Assembly (NCBI GenBank): GCA_023515725.1
Contig: JALDTO010000156.1
Location: 62,001 to 126,000 of the forward strand
Direction of reading: 5' to 3'
DNA length: 64,000 nucleotides
Origin: Amoeboaphelidium protococcarum X5
Taxonomy: Eukaryota; Fungi; Aphelidiomycota
Below the pieces are notes generated by a model. The model saw nothing but the letters and a program-made list of their open reading frames with translations, searched no databases and was not told the DNA's origin. Positions 25,191-38,712 of the stretch are shown here, piece after piece. Each line of letters opens with the position of its first letter. Positions within the stretch are counted from its first letter, which is position 1. The translations under genes were made by a program, and so were the position numbers.

Positions 25191-26837
25191 ATGCTTATAG
25201 AGGAAAATGATGTTAATGTTGATGATGATACAGCTAGTTAGAATCAAAGTATTCATGATGAAGATTTAAAAGTGGGCAAAATTAAAGCATTCACAGCAGT
25301 GTCCATGATTGTTGGTATGATGATAGGTGGAGGAATATTCTCTGCACCATCAGTAATAGTTAAAGATATCCAGAATTTGACTGCGGTACTGTTCATTTGG
25401 TTATCCGCTGGTCTGGTGTCGACATTCGGCGCTCTAATCTATGCAGAACTGGGCACCATGATGACCAAGAGTGGTGGCGAGCAAACGTATCTGCAATAAA
25501 CTTATGGTCCTATGCTCGCTGCCGTATTCTCGTGGATGTCTTGCTTTGTGGGGAAACCATCATCCTTTGCAATCATTGTTATTGTATTTGCCAACTATGC
25601 CTATCCCAGTTCATAATCTTCGAACGGTTCGCAGCTGGACGCTACTAATTATAATGAACTCAGAGATATTTGGGTGCGCCGATTGATTGCTGCTCTACTT
25701 GCCGTATTCCTCACTTTGATGAATATGAAATCCAACTTTGGTCTCCGCTTGCAGAATATATCGACAGCTTTCAAGGTGGTTTGTATTATAGTGTTATTGA
25801 TATAGGCGCTGATATTTGGAGTTACAGGGAAGTTCCAGGTTCTATCTGATAATTTCAAATCTACAACCATCAGTAATGCAGCGGATTACTCTCTTACACC
25901 TTATGCGATTGTGATGGCGTTGTATTAGGCATTCTGGAGTTTTGATGGTTGGAATTCTGTGAATTTCGTCGCCTCTGAAGTTGATAATCCATCCAGGAAT
26001 ATACCGCTGGCTATTAGTGTAAGTGTGCCGACTGTCACCGTGATATATTTATGCTTGAATCTGGCGTATTTCACAGTGATCCCCGTAGAGTAGATCATTG
26101 GCACGTCCACCATTGGTCTGGAGTTTGGCTCTAGTTTTCCTTTTGGTAGAATTTTTGTAACTATTTGTGTTTGTGTATCCACACTTAGTTCTGCTAATGC
26201 CTCCCTCTACACAGGGGCCAGATTGGCTGAAGCAGCTGCGGATGAACAACTCTTGCCGCGATACTTTGCATCTTTGAATAGATCTCACGCTGAAGGAAAT
26301 CCTATCCGTGCGCTATCTCTTCAATGTGCACTAAGTCTATTCTTCATTCTCTCTGGATCTTATGAATCTTTGGTCACTCTGTATGGACAGATGATGTGGG
26401 TGTTCTATGCCATGACTGCCACCTGTGTATTCATACTTCGTTTCCGGTCACCAGAGAAGTCGTGGACTCGACCATTCTCAGTATCTCTTCTGATTGCTGG
26501 TATATTCTGCGTGTTTGGTCTCTCTTTTGCCGTCTTACCTCTGTTCACTGATACCAAGTAGGCCTTGATTTCCTATTCTTGCCTGGTTGCATTTGCCTTG
26601 TTCTATTAGATGCGTGCCTTGTATAATCGCAGAGTTAAGCGGAAATCATCGCAAGATGCAGATTATACTCAGGTGGATGATATTAATGAAGTTAGTAATC
26701 TTCGAGATCAACGATATTATTCACTCACGAATAAACAGGGAGATTAATTTGAGAAATTGTAGCAAGATGATGAGGAGGCTGTTCAACTCTATGAGACTGC
26801 AGGTGAAAATATATAACTGACTGGTAAATCTACCTGA
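25191..26837 (+). CDS. APC superfamily L-type amino acid transporter (LAT/SLC7/Mup1-like)
   Basis: IVGMMIGGGIFSAP, YAELGTMMTKSGGEQTYL, AFWSFDGWNSVNFVASE, RPFSV; 548 aa. Confidence 0.92.
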
Positions 26838-27028
26838 TTTATGTTCAATCATAAATTATACAACTGCTACATATCCTGGTGATATCGCCGAGCCAATTGA
26901 GCAAGCTTTACATAATACATTTAGGCGCTATGTATCTCTAAAATTGAAACTTGTGAATATAGATAATTTAAAGCATATTTCATCTAAAGCAGCTCATCAT
27001 TCTAATAATTCATCAACAATCGTTAGAA

Positions 27029-28012
27029 TCATCGGCCTTGAGTCAATTTTCTAAATATAAATAACATTAGTTACCGCACGTAGCCAGTATATCCACCCAC
27101 TTTGTTATGTAGACCATAGTAGACGAGAGTGTTCTTCATTTTACCCATAACTAGGGCAAGTATAATCAATCGAGCCAGTTGACGTAAAAACTACCGCCGC
27201 ACCTAATTCTGACGCACAAGCAGCCGTGTAGATACGGAAATGGGATACCGAAAGATGACAGAGTTGACCACGTACAGGCTGCATAGAAATACCAGACCAT
27301 CAGTGACGATATCCTAATTGAATTTAGTAGAGTAAATCCGCCCAATAATCGAAGACTAATTCTATAACTGCTCCGCCTACCGCGCAATCTCCTGTCTATA
27401 CTCTTGTATGGAATTACTGAGGAGTTATCGCGTGTCATTCAATGCAGCACTCAAGCGCTCTGTAGTCTTTTACTGCACAGCCAAACCAACACTCATATCA
27501 CCCACCTCAGTCTCCAGTTCATTCACACGGTCCTTGTACAGTACAAGTTCATTACTTATTTTGGATACGTGTCTATTCAATCGCCTGTTATTGAGAAAAT
27601 TCACAATATTCACCATATAATTACTACTACTGAGCTGTAGAAGCTAATTGTTAACTTTATTTTAATTCTACAATACCATCTCGATCGACTTGACCAGCTA
27701 TTGAGAATCTGCAGACAGTAGATTCTGCTAATCATCGCCGCCATTCAACAATTGAAGCGAGTCTTGATAATTCCTGAGCAGTGCATTATGATAATTAAGC
27801 TACTAATCTTTTGCAGAATTAATCATGGATACTTCATCTGCATCTGCATTGTCTATAAATTCCTGACTGAGAGTGGATAATGACAGATTGCGACCTCCAC
27901 TTTGCCGCTGACTTAGTAATGCACTACTTGAAGACCGCTATGGAAATCTAAATTTCTAATGACTATTATTATTATTATTACTATTCTCCACCTACTACTA
28001 ATCAATATTCAT
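27029..28012 (-). CDS. Hypothetical coiled-coil protein with C-terminal hydrophobic segments
   Basis: 327-aa table-6 ORF, ATG to TGA; low-complexity N-terminus, coiled coil, two hydrophobic helices. Confidence 0.65.
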
Positions 28013-28342
28013 AATTAAATAAATTCTTATTATTAAAAATTGTCAATAAAAGCTTTGAAATATTATTATCAATACAATTCTGAGTGTTTCAATCAAATCA
28101 AATTAACGAAAGGAAGAGATTCGATCAATGGAAGAGTGAGCGAGAGAGAGCGAGATTGAAGTAGATCAGATGATAGAGTAAGTGCATACAGACTGAACAG
28201 TGTATCCTATGTTGACCATAATTGATTCCTGGCAAAACGCATATAGTGTAGAAATCTATAAAATTACATAGTTGTCTAGAGTAAATATCATTATATAAAA
28301 CGTAAATGCATTAGCTGTATATCCCTTAAGAGATGTGCAGTG

Positions 28343-29257
28343 TCAGAGGGCATTGATTGATATATTGGAGAGAGGAGGAAGTTCATCGTCGCTCATCATA
28401 TGCGGCTATGACTTTACACTTTAATTATGAGGCCGCGATTGCGATCTTATGTGGATATGCCGCGAAGATGGTAGCTGCTGCTTCTGAGACAATCGCGTCG
28501 TCTCTGCAGTCAATAGTCCCAGGTCGCTCTTCATCATCACCATCTTGTACAGTATGGCAATCATGAATAAATTCAAAAGGGTGAAGAATATCACAGACAC
28601 CAGTACCTGGGGTGCCGCTTCACATACAAGGCCACATGAGGCGCCAAATAAGGCCAGCACCACTGTCTTTGAGTTGGATCTTGCGATGATTGAATAGAAT
28701 TGTTCATTCGGTGACTATATATCCTGTTTCAGGTTCCGTATATACATGGTCATGGTATATAGATACATCATATCCATCGTGACTAGGCACACTCCACCGA
28801 TAGTTGCAACCACGATGAACACGATCAGCACACTCAACTCAGACCGGTACAATGTCTACAAGACACCAAATATAGGCAATATGGCGAATGAAATTCTAGC
28901 ACCTTTTATCAAATGCAATACATACTACTCAAATACAGTAGCAGTGATAAACGGTTTCGATCTTATTTACATATAACTGGTGTAGCACTGTAAAGAGGCA
29001 CAAAATGATACTAAATACACACCTCTCATTGGAACACTCGTGCGACAACCATACAGATATAATCCTTCCGACACGACAAAGACTATGAGACTTAAATGGA
29101 GGTATAATAGGAGTCTATCGTGTAGATTATTAAAGATTGAGGACAGACTTTAATGAAGCCTGTAATGTATCACCAAGAAAACAACCAGCAAGCATATCAG
29201 TGCCAATATCAACACTCCACACACCACCAAAATGTAGTTTTGACTAGGATTTAACAT
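28343..29257 (-). CDS. Hypothetical ~7-TM membrane protein (GPCR-like topology)
   Basis: 304-aa ORF with ~7 hydrophobic segments and a polar C-tail. Confidence 0.7.
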
Positions 29258-29480
29258 GGCTGAAAAATGTCAATTGATATATTGAGATTAAGATTATCTG
29301 ATAATATTAAATAGGGAATGAAGCTGAATCTTGGACATTAAAGTATTGGATTGTTATTAGATATCAGTGAGTGTTAAAAATAGACTTTTGACAATCACTT
29401 ACATTACTCATCCAAGTCCACTCAAATGGAAATAAGGCTCAAGACATTAGAGAAGCAATCGATAACGAATAATCAAATTT

Positions 29481-30965
29481 TCATTTATTGTCAATGGCTA
29501 AAGTATCCATCACAGCAGACTTGACAGTTGACACAACAAAGTACACCAATTGATGAACGTTGTCGATCGAGATCTGTTCGTCGCGCGTGCCGTTTGCGCG
29601 GATCATGTAATGATTAATGCCAAGCGAGTTACTGAGGTACATGAAGCAGGGATTGTAATATCCTTGAGAGGCAATCTCCACCAAGTATCGCTTCTTTGGC
29701 TTCATGAATATAATATTAGACAGTGCGGCCCCATGTGAACCAACAATCATATTAGCAGTCGAGACGTAGTGGACAGTTTCAGTCAAAGTTTCATTGCCGT
29801 AGAGGACGGTGAGGCGCGTCTGGCTTGAAACATTCCCAGCCTCGAGTTAATGCAGTAACTCATCTAAAAGTTACCGTTCTTGAATCAAGTGCCTCCGCTC
29901 CACATTCAATCGACTGAAATAAACTATGTTGAACGTGACTTCTACTGATGCATCAATAGATTGATCTTAATTTATGTCAATATGCTTCCATAAATGAGAT
30001 TGATAATATTTCATCAAAGGCGATGGCGCATGGAGACATCTAGGAGCTAGAGGGATCACTTAAAACTTGTTTATATGGAATAAATCATCGATAGACACGT
30101 AGATAATATTGAGAGCAGTATGATCGAGCCGGATTAGACGCAGCAAGTGCACAGGTGAACCGACGCGAAATAGCAGAGGCAACTCTGGACTTTTCACAAT
30201 GATATCGCGTACCATCAAGACTCTAGGTAATACTTCAATTAGGAAATGGTAGTAGTTTGCACCATACAAATGCACAAGATTTACAGCTTGCTTTAGACTT
30301 ATTATACGCTATGAAGCATTATAGAGATGATAGCCACCGTGTGCATCGTCCACTAAGTCTTGACACCCTCCATGCAAATATTGTACACTGCTAGTGAATG
30401 CATGGCCATTATAATTCACAAAAGATGAGTTATGAATGATTACCACAGCACCATCATACAGCAATTCAGCGCGTTCATACACCAACGGAGGATCATATCG
30501 TAACTTGCCAGAGATCGACTTTGGTTCCCTGAACAATCTCTGACTTTGATCTTACACTTTATTCAGTTTACAGTACGATACTTCCGGTAGATCACCTCCG
30601 CAGTTTGTAAATAATGGGCATTGCTTAGTACGATTGCCTGCTCGGCCTGGACACATATCTCCGCCCAGAATTTGGATGTCGATCCATGACTTTAGCCTTT
30701 GCCTTTGCATAATTCTCATGTCAATGCCGCTTCCATTATTTACCATGCCGAGAGTGGGCGCTTATTGTTAAACGCGACCAAATTACCGCTATCCATCATT
30801 TACTTATAATAGTTCATCAACTTGGAAGTGGCTCCGGTGCAGAATTTAATGTTCAGTCAAAAAGGACTTTCGGAACCGCTGATGGAAACGCCATTTATTT
30901 AAATAGAGGATCGTCACCAAAGGAAGCAGTATAACCAAAAGGGCAATCCGAAGTCTCAATTTCAT
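29481..30965 (-). CDS. Glycosyltransferase family 61 (DUF563), type II membrane protein
   Basis: N-terminal TM; NYYHFLIEVLPR, YFSR..VERRHLIQE, VGSHGAALSNIIFM, LVEI; 494 aa. Confidence 0.88.
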
Positions 30966-31426
30966 ACCGCAACCTAGTCAATATGCAAATTGTAATGGCA
31001 AAAATATACGAGTATAAACTTGGAATAGATTAAAAGGGACAAAAACACAACCTGAAACATCATTCGGCCGTGTTCTAAATTTATCAAAAGGGAAATTCTC
31101 TTCGCGCGATATCGTCATCATACAAACGACAGGTTTCAACAAAACTCGCCGTGTGCGTCACTCTGTACAGTACTCTTTAAGTGCTTCAGCATACATACTG
31201 TAGGTTGATCAAATGATTTGGATCTTTCTAGAGATTAAAAATCTATTATAGACTCTCCGCTGTGACTTTTGGTGACGCGCTGAGATCTATCACACTTGAG
31301 GCTATTCTATGACAATTTAAAAAGACATGGAGCCAATATTAAAGCAGATTTAGAATATTCAGCATATCAAATAAGCTGAGAACGTTATTTTATTAAACAA
31401 ATCTTTGTGCAGTCAAGAAAAAAAGT

Positions 31427-31841
31427 CGAATGCATCAAAACTGCATTCGATCGAAAGGCGTTTGCAGTTTTTATGCATACGGAATATTATAGTCAGAGGA
31501 AAGCTTTTAAGATGCTGTTTCAAGTAATGTGGACTCAGCATAGTCTAAAAGGTTGATGGGAGAGCTTTTTTGAGTCTTTATTGTTAGCGACTTTCAAATT
31601 CTAGAGTATACTGTCGCACATCGCTGTGCGCAGATGACGCGGTAAGTTCAGTCTTGTTTCAACCGACACCATAACATATCTATTAGTATTGAAGACTTAC
31701 TAGAGACAGATTTACAATATTCAGCGGATAAGAAATTTTAGAGGGAAATTTAATGGGACCAACTCATGTTTCCATAAAAAATTAGTCGAATGCAGTTTTG
31801 ATGCATACGCGCGAAAAGCGAATGTAGATTTTGTGCAAACG
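31427..31841. repeat. Four copies of a 23-bp palindromic site CGWWTGCA-N7-TGCAWWCG arranged as two pairs
   Basis: Copies at 31427-31449, 31459-31481, 31787-31809 and 31819-31841 (last has TGTA). 32-bp spacing within pairs, 360 bp between pairs, in a non-coding gap. Confidence 0.85.
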
Positions 31842-31976
31842 GAAAATCTTAACAGCGATAAGCGATAACTATATCGTTTCAAGTACTATGAGCACTGGAA
31901 TATCTCAGTACTACAATGCTTAAAGCCATATACAATAACATACAGATTTCTATTACATCAAAAAGAAAAAAGCCAG

Positions 31977-33755
31977 TCACGTTCGTTCAGGAGCAATGAA
32001 CACTTATACGTACTCAACACCTTTTCCTTCTCGGCTACTTATCGATGACTACCGGGAAGGAGATTTAAATGTTGCGGTACTGGATGAGTTCAATTTAATT
32101 TTGAACGTGACTATGTCCTTGTAAGCAGTCCTTGCACAGTCCTCTCTAATATCATTGAGCAGTCCCCACTCCTCAAGCAGGCTTGTCTAATGATAAAGCG
32201 TGATTTGCTTTCTATCGGAGTTCAGCTTTTTATACTCCAGTCTGAACCTTCGCCGACAATTTTGACCGCAGTAGTAGATATTGTTTACATCATCATACTC
32301 TATGGGCGTGTCAATAGCTTTAATATTCCGTACTGATTACCTTAAATGAGGCAGAATGTTAGCGTTCTCTGCAAATTCAAGCTCATTCTGGCCGTCGACA
32401 GAGCTTATGATGGCTCTCAATTTCTCTGAAGTAACCAGTGAAGATAGTTCATATACCTGTTTCATAAAGCGAGTTTCATAAATTTTTCCCAAATAGTTGC
32501 GGACATCAACTACGGTATTCTCTCGTGCTGTTGAACGGTCTTGTTACTGCTCCGCGGTATATCGTTGCAATTACGATGAGCCTGGGAAAAAACCTTCAAA
32601 TTTCACAGGTTCTAAATTCAGTTTAACTGTAGCAACGTGTTATTCAAACCAGCCAACTCCACTAGATCCGACTTTACCAAAATTCATAGTTCTTGATATC
32701 TCTGGCCGTATGCATCCGCGTTACTTATGCTGGTCAGAATGCCGGAGCCAGTCATCCCAGTAAGTTTATGGCCAGCTATCGCGCAACTCTGCTGTCCACA
32801 ATTACTTTTTCAACATCCACCCAAGACCAGGGAAGAAATCTGAGCGATAGAATGAATATGGATCTTCAATCAAATTCGGTTTCCCATTGTCATTCCAGGC
32901 TGATATGCAGAACAATGAGTCATCAGCTTCCAAGACGGGCAAGAATGCCTGAAAGTAGTCATAAAAATCCGGCGCTATTTCCATATCATCTTCGACAACT
33001 ATTGCCTATTGAAACTGCATAACGTCGAATACTTGCGACAGAGCCCACTTGTAATGCCTGGATATCTTATAAAATGCAACATAATCTTCGTGTCCTTTCT
33101 TTGTAACAGGAGTAGATTGATCTGGTTACTACAAATCTTATGACATGTGATAAATCAAGGGAGAGAATTATAAAAGCTAACCTTTATGTGCAGAACGCGA
33201 TCCGAGTATTGTTTAATGACCTTAGAAGTTTCCTCGTGACCGCAATCCTGACTAACAATGATGGCAACATTCTCTCGCGGTTTATACTTGAGCAGACTGT
33301 CTAGAGCTCGTGAGACAGATGGCCTATTACACGCAATGACCAGAACTGCAATATGAGCCGGCAAAGGCTATACCTCAGGTATCTGCAAATTAACAAGTTT
33401 CAACTAATCATCAGCCACCTTGTCTGGGTGCAATAAATCTTCTTGAGGCTTTATAGGCGGTATAAAACCTGCTGCCGATGGCGCTCGAAGTGCAGTATCA
33501 ACATCTTGGTCCGACATTAGTCTCTACACTATTAAGTTACTTTGATAATGTATATAGAAATATAAAAATATTGGGATGGGTATAGATAAATACCTTTTGT
33601 GTTCCATCGACTTCTGTGAGATAGTTCTTTTCATTAAGAGTGTCAGATTTATCATTGACAGGACTTGACCAAGTTAAAGTAAACATTCCATATAGGATGA
33701 GTGCAATACTTATAGCCATAACTAGCCTTACAACCTTCTTATTATTTATACTCAT
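31977..33755 (-). CDS. MGAT1: GT13 alpha-1,3-mannosyl-glycoprotein GlcNAc transferase I-like, paralog A (2 introns)
   Basis: VLVIACNRP, VSQDCGH, YKISRHYKWAL, VEDDMEIAPDF, CISAWNDNG, RSDFFPGLGWM, WDDWLR. Confidence 0.9.
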
Positions 33756-34123
33756 AATGTTATCAGTGAAATATTAGTTTTTCAAACTATGATCTATTGA
33801 CAATAAAGTACAGAGAATCAAAAGAGTTGAAACAACGAAGTGAAAGTGAAACGTTGTAATAGTTTGCCGAATTCAAAAAATAGTCCTGACTATTCATGGT
33901 TGTACTAATCATTTATTTCTCTGAACAACTATACCTTACTTTTGTAGTGTAAATCAATGCATAAATTATAATTATTACGCAAAAGGGGTCCAATCAGAAG
34001 GCTTAATTTTCTGTGATACGTTGGTGTCCAATCTTGACTACCAAGTTGATTATAGGCTTTTTTCTCTTTGTTAACGAATATTTTTTATCAATACAACCTT
34101 CAAACTAAATAAATAAATAATTC

Positions 34124-35793
34124 ATGGCATCTGTAATTAAATTGAAGCCTTCAAGAGTCTTAATAGTATGTATAGGAGTATTTCTTCTTATTCTATTCGG
34201 ATATAACCAGGATTGGGGCAATGGATCACTCAACGCTAAGCAAAAGGTAAAAATGTGAATTGTTTCGATCATTGCAACCATCATCATTTCGTTATTACAT
34301 GTAGAAAATGGCTCCGTATCTATCAGACAAGTTGGCTAATATTGACAGTAAGCTATTCATGATATTAACATGGCATTCATATCATTTTTCGCTTTGTAGT
34401 AGATCTCCTAGAGCAATCATTATCTGAGACTGGCGTCAAATCCACAGTAATTGATCGCCTTCAATTTATCAAGGTGAAACAATCAGGCCAATCAGAGCCA
34501 CGAAGTCGCGATGGAAATTCAGCCACTGTAAAATCAAGCGAATTGGCGTCTCTTGATAATAGGAATAGTGGTAATACAGCTCTGCTTATTATTGCTTGTA
34601 ACAGGCCTGAGATTGAACGTGCACTGAATGCAGTTTACAAGTACAAGCCAAAGGATAGAATCCCGGTTATTGTTAGTCAAGACTGCAATCATGAGCCTAC
34701 TTCTGAAGTTATCGATAAGTTTTCCGATCGTTTAATCCATTTAAAATATCCTGTAAGAGAACCACCTCAGGTCCGCCCAGGAGATGAACGCTGGCTTGGT
34801 TATTACAAATTGGCGCGTCATTATAAATGGGCTTTGGAGTAGACATTCAATGTTCTCATGTACGACAATGTTATAATCTTGGAAGACGATATCGAAGTTG
34901 CACCTGGATTTTTCAAGTATTTCGAGGCATTCACCCCTCTCCTTCGCGCGGATCCCTCGTTGATGTGCATCAGTGGATGGAATGACAATGGCAAGGCGGA
35001 ACTTGTGGGGGATGCTAATCAATTCCATCGATCAGATTTCTTTAGCGGTCTTGGATGGATGTTGACGCGTAAGTTTTGGGATGAAATTCATCCTAAATGG
35101 CCGCTTGTATTCTGGGATGACTGGCTGCGTTAATCTTTCATTCGCAATGGTCGATCATGCATTCGACCTGAGATTACTCTTAGCAGAAACTTTGGTGACA
35201 ATGGTGTAAGTAAGGGCCAATTTCATGAGTAGCACATTGCCACCATTAAAATGAATGAGGAAGAGTTGAACTTTGAAAGCAGAGACGGTGTGGACATTAC
35301 GCGATTTGAAAAGAGTCGATATGATGCAGTATTTAAATTACAACTGACCAAGCTGTCTCGCGTTGCCACATCTGCTGAAATTAAAGCGATGCTCAATTCT
35401 GATGATCCTGAGAATCATCCTCTCTATCTGAACAATCCTAATGTAGTGACTGCATCTGATGCGGATGTCGATGATCAGTTTAATTTAAATCGGCCCAACT
35501 TTTGCGGGCGTTAATGTCTGCGGCGTTATGTAATTTACTACGATTGGCTCGATCAGGATCAAGAATTTCATGGTTATCGCAATTTCGTACCTCTGGCCAA
35601 GGAGTGGAATCTGATGGATGACATAAGAGAAGGGACAGCTCGGGTGGCTTATTAACGGACCGTCTGCTTTAAATCGCATTTTAAGAATAAGCTTCCACTA
35701 AAAGTGTACATGAGCGGTAAACAGAGGATAGCCAAGAATTAGTTTGAGCAGTACATTGCTATTTGTATATCGCCTAAGCCTAAAGATGTTTGA
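34124..35793 (+). CDS. MGAT1: GT13 GlcNAc transferase I-like, paralog B (2 introns)
   Basis: LIIACNRP, VSQDCNH, YYKLARHYKWAL, LEDDIEVAPGF, CISGWNDNG, RSDFFSGLGWM, WDDWLR, CIRPEI. Confidence 0.9.
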
Positions 35794-35997
35794 TAATTTA
35801 ATAAATTAATTATAATTAAGTAGTATTTAAATCGATATTTTAGAAGCCTCTCCGCTATTCATCATTTTATTGAAAGAGGCTCAGCAAGCAACTAATAAGG
35901 CCCCTGAACGGCGTGTTATCATCTTATTCCCAGTGCTCGCGTTATCAACTAAATTTAATTCAATTTCCTATAAGAATCTCGCATAGGATTAGTATAT

Positions 35998-37431
35998 ATG
36001 TTTTAGTTAAGTGCATTTGTGTACGTTGCATTGGCGGCTATGGCAATAGCTGTGGAGTACGATCCCAAGATATATGTGCCTAATCAGAGTACAACGTGGA
36101 CAATGGGAGTACAACAACTAATAGCTTGGAATTCATCATTTATACGCGATGATGGCCTTTATTACAACAATCTCACTAGACTTAATATAAATCTTTATTA
36201 GATGGGAAATAGTACCTAGAGTGGTCGCGATGAATTGATTTAGATCATCATTTAGAATGTGCCAATGTCGCTAGGCAGTATTTTTTATGCTTTGCCACAT
36301 CGTCTACCCACTGATCAGGATAAGCAGGATATTGCGTAGGAGGATAGGAGATACTATCTCAAGCTGTATCCTTCATTCTTTGAGTGGCCTAGATCGTGTA
36401 AGAATTGTCTGTAATCTGCTCCTGGTAGTGCGCCGTTCGTCATTCTTCCATCTGATTGCAAATAAGAGCCTTGTCCACCTGTTATTGGGAATGGCGGCGG
36501 ATTGGGCGGAAATGGCAGTGGCAAGAGCGATTACATCACTGCGGTCAAGGCTGTGGGTATTGCTGTTGGTGTCGTGGCTTTGATTGTCTTTGTCGTGTCA
36601 ATGTTCGTGTATGGTCGACGTGGACTCAAGGTGGTGGGCACGCGAAAGAGTCGTCAGAGTGGCCTCAATTATCGATATAAGCCACCTATTGTGGACAAGA
36701 GATTGCGAGATTCAGAGGTTAATGATCCAATGTCTCCATCACCACTGAGAAGATTTTTCTCTGTAGAAACGCTGCGTGAGTCTGAATTTGATGATGATAT
36801 TGCAGGCCAGTCTGTTATAGGTAGTGGAGCTTCCGTATCAGTGAGAGACGGTTAATCAATCAAGCGGTAATCCTCCCTGGCGCACTTGGGCGAGTAAATC
36901 ATACGGGATGCTGAGTTGTCTGCTCCCAACTCACCTATTTTACGTCCGACAAGGTCAACTAATAAAGTGATTCTTGATCTGCCTCCGAGTCCACCTAAAC
37001 TTTATGCAAGACCATCTAATAACACGTTGTCTGGTTATCAAACCGCATCGTAGCTCTTTTAGTCAAATCTGAATTCTGACAGTGATCATGATAATGATTT
37101 GACTATTGTTGGTAATAAGTCAGATACAAGCCCTCTGGTACGTGTCCTCAATTAAAGTGACGCGCTGATGCTTGGTGACACGTTCAGAAATGCTCTCCGG
37201 ACTGACACGTCATTGTCAGATTCATCTTGCACATTGATCACTGATAATAGTACTGGTGATGATAGAGTATAGCGCAATAACTCGGACTCAGATCCAACTA
37301 CATCAACATCATTTGAACGCGGTGCTCGGGCATTCAACGAGACTTAGGAACGCTTACTCTTCTCCGTTGGAAGTTCACCTGTGCTTGGTAGATTAGCCGC
37401 GTTGGACAGAGAAGATTAGACCTAGCAATGA
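35998..37431 (+). CDS. Type I membrane protein: signal peptide, Kre9/Knh1-N-like Ig-like ectodomain, single TM, disordered tail
   Basis: 477-aa ORF; IYVPNQSTTWTMGVQQLIAWNSS; TM AVGIAVGVVALIVFVVSMFVY followed by RR. Confidence 0.65.
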
Positions 37432-37492
37432 GAATTATGATATTTGAGGTGAATTATATTGGCTTACATATTAATATTCTGTTCTGATGAAT

Positions 37493-38623
37493 TCATTGAC
37501 AGTTGCGCACCACTTTAACCACAATCACTTCATTGTCATCGTCGTCTCTCTATGATTTTGAGTCCTCGTTTTGTGATTTATCTACAGTGTCGTTATCCTT
37601 CATAGTTTAAGCATTAGTGTTATTAGGGAGATTAGAACTTTATGATCCCAGTTATTCTTATTCTTCATCTGACTTTTGAATGGCTTCTTCTTTATATGTA
37701 GTATCAACTTTAGACAACAGACAATTAACAATACGCTATCTAACATTAATGATATCCGCTTGAGAGAAATCAAAGTCTTAGCCAATAGTTCCATACAACA
37801 TGACCAAAGAGGTAAATACTCCACAGCTGGAGCCATCAGATTAATGAGGGAACTATTTACCAAGTACAATTTCCCAATCCTCTGAACGGCCGGGGTGATT
37901 CTTGTCGATCCACTCGTCATGCAAGTAGCGTCGCAATATATGACCAACTTCTTCACATAAACCGTAGCTATGCATGGAATCATAAACTGTGATTATACTT
38001 GAACGTACATTAATTATGGCGGACAGCCAATGGTAATTTTAATAATTAATAGGGACAATTACGCGATCCAATGCCGAAATATCCACTTTACGCGTCCATT
38101 GCTTCACCTTGTCGTAACAGTAACCAGACTCGTGCTCGGTAAGAAGTTGGTAAAAGAAAGTGTTCATAATATGCACCTTCATTCCATCTTCTACATGAGT
38201 AAACCGGATATACTCTATGAATCCATTAATTATTTCATCGTTCAGCCAGCCTCCACTCCAAGTTGTGAGAAGATCCTATTTGTATACAGGAACGCTCTTC
38301 CACAAAGTCACAGGTTTTTGATCTTATTAATCCTTAACATTATCCTGCTTATATTCCGCATGTAAGTATTTCTATAGTCGTATTCTACGAGCATTGTCAA
38401 GAGGATTGGTAAATTTCGGACCGGTATGTTCAGCTGGGACAATCTTGAGATTTTTCAATCGTTCGAATACTTCATCAATATCATCATCTACCAGTTAGTC
38501 CTTTATGCTGCAAGAGGCATTTTAACTTTAAGTCACTTTATTACTAATGTTCACCGCGGTCGAGCTAACATCGTTCTCTAAGGCATCGCCAGACAAGTTA
38601 TCGCCGTTCACTTGGGAAGTCAT
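37493..38623 (-). CDS. Ulp1/SENP SUMO protease (peptidase C48)
   Basis: WLNDEIIN, MNTFFY, VKQWTRKVDI, VPINYQNYHW, YDS, PH[TAA=Q]SDGSSCGVF; 376 aa. Confidence 0.92.
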
Positions 38624-38712
38624 AGAGCCTGCTTATCAGCTATTTAAGTAGGGAGAAAATGTTACAACTAAAGCAAAAATACTTTACAACATTCAGCATT
38701 TATTTCATCAAT

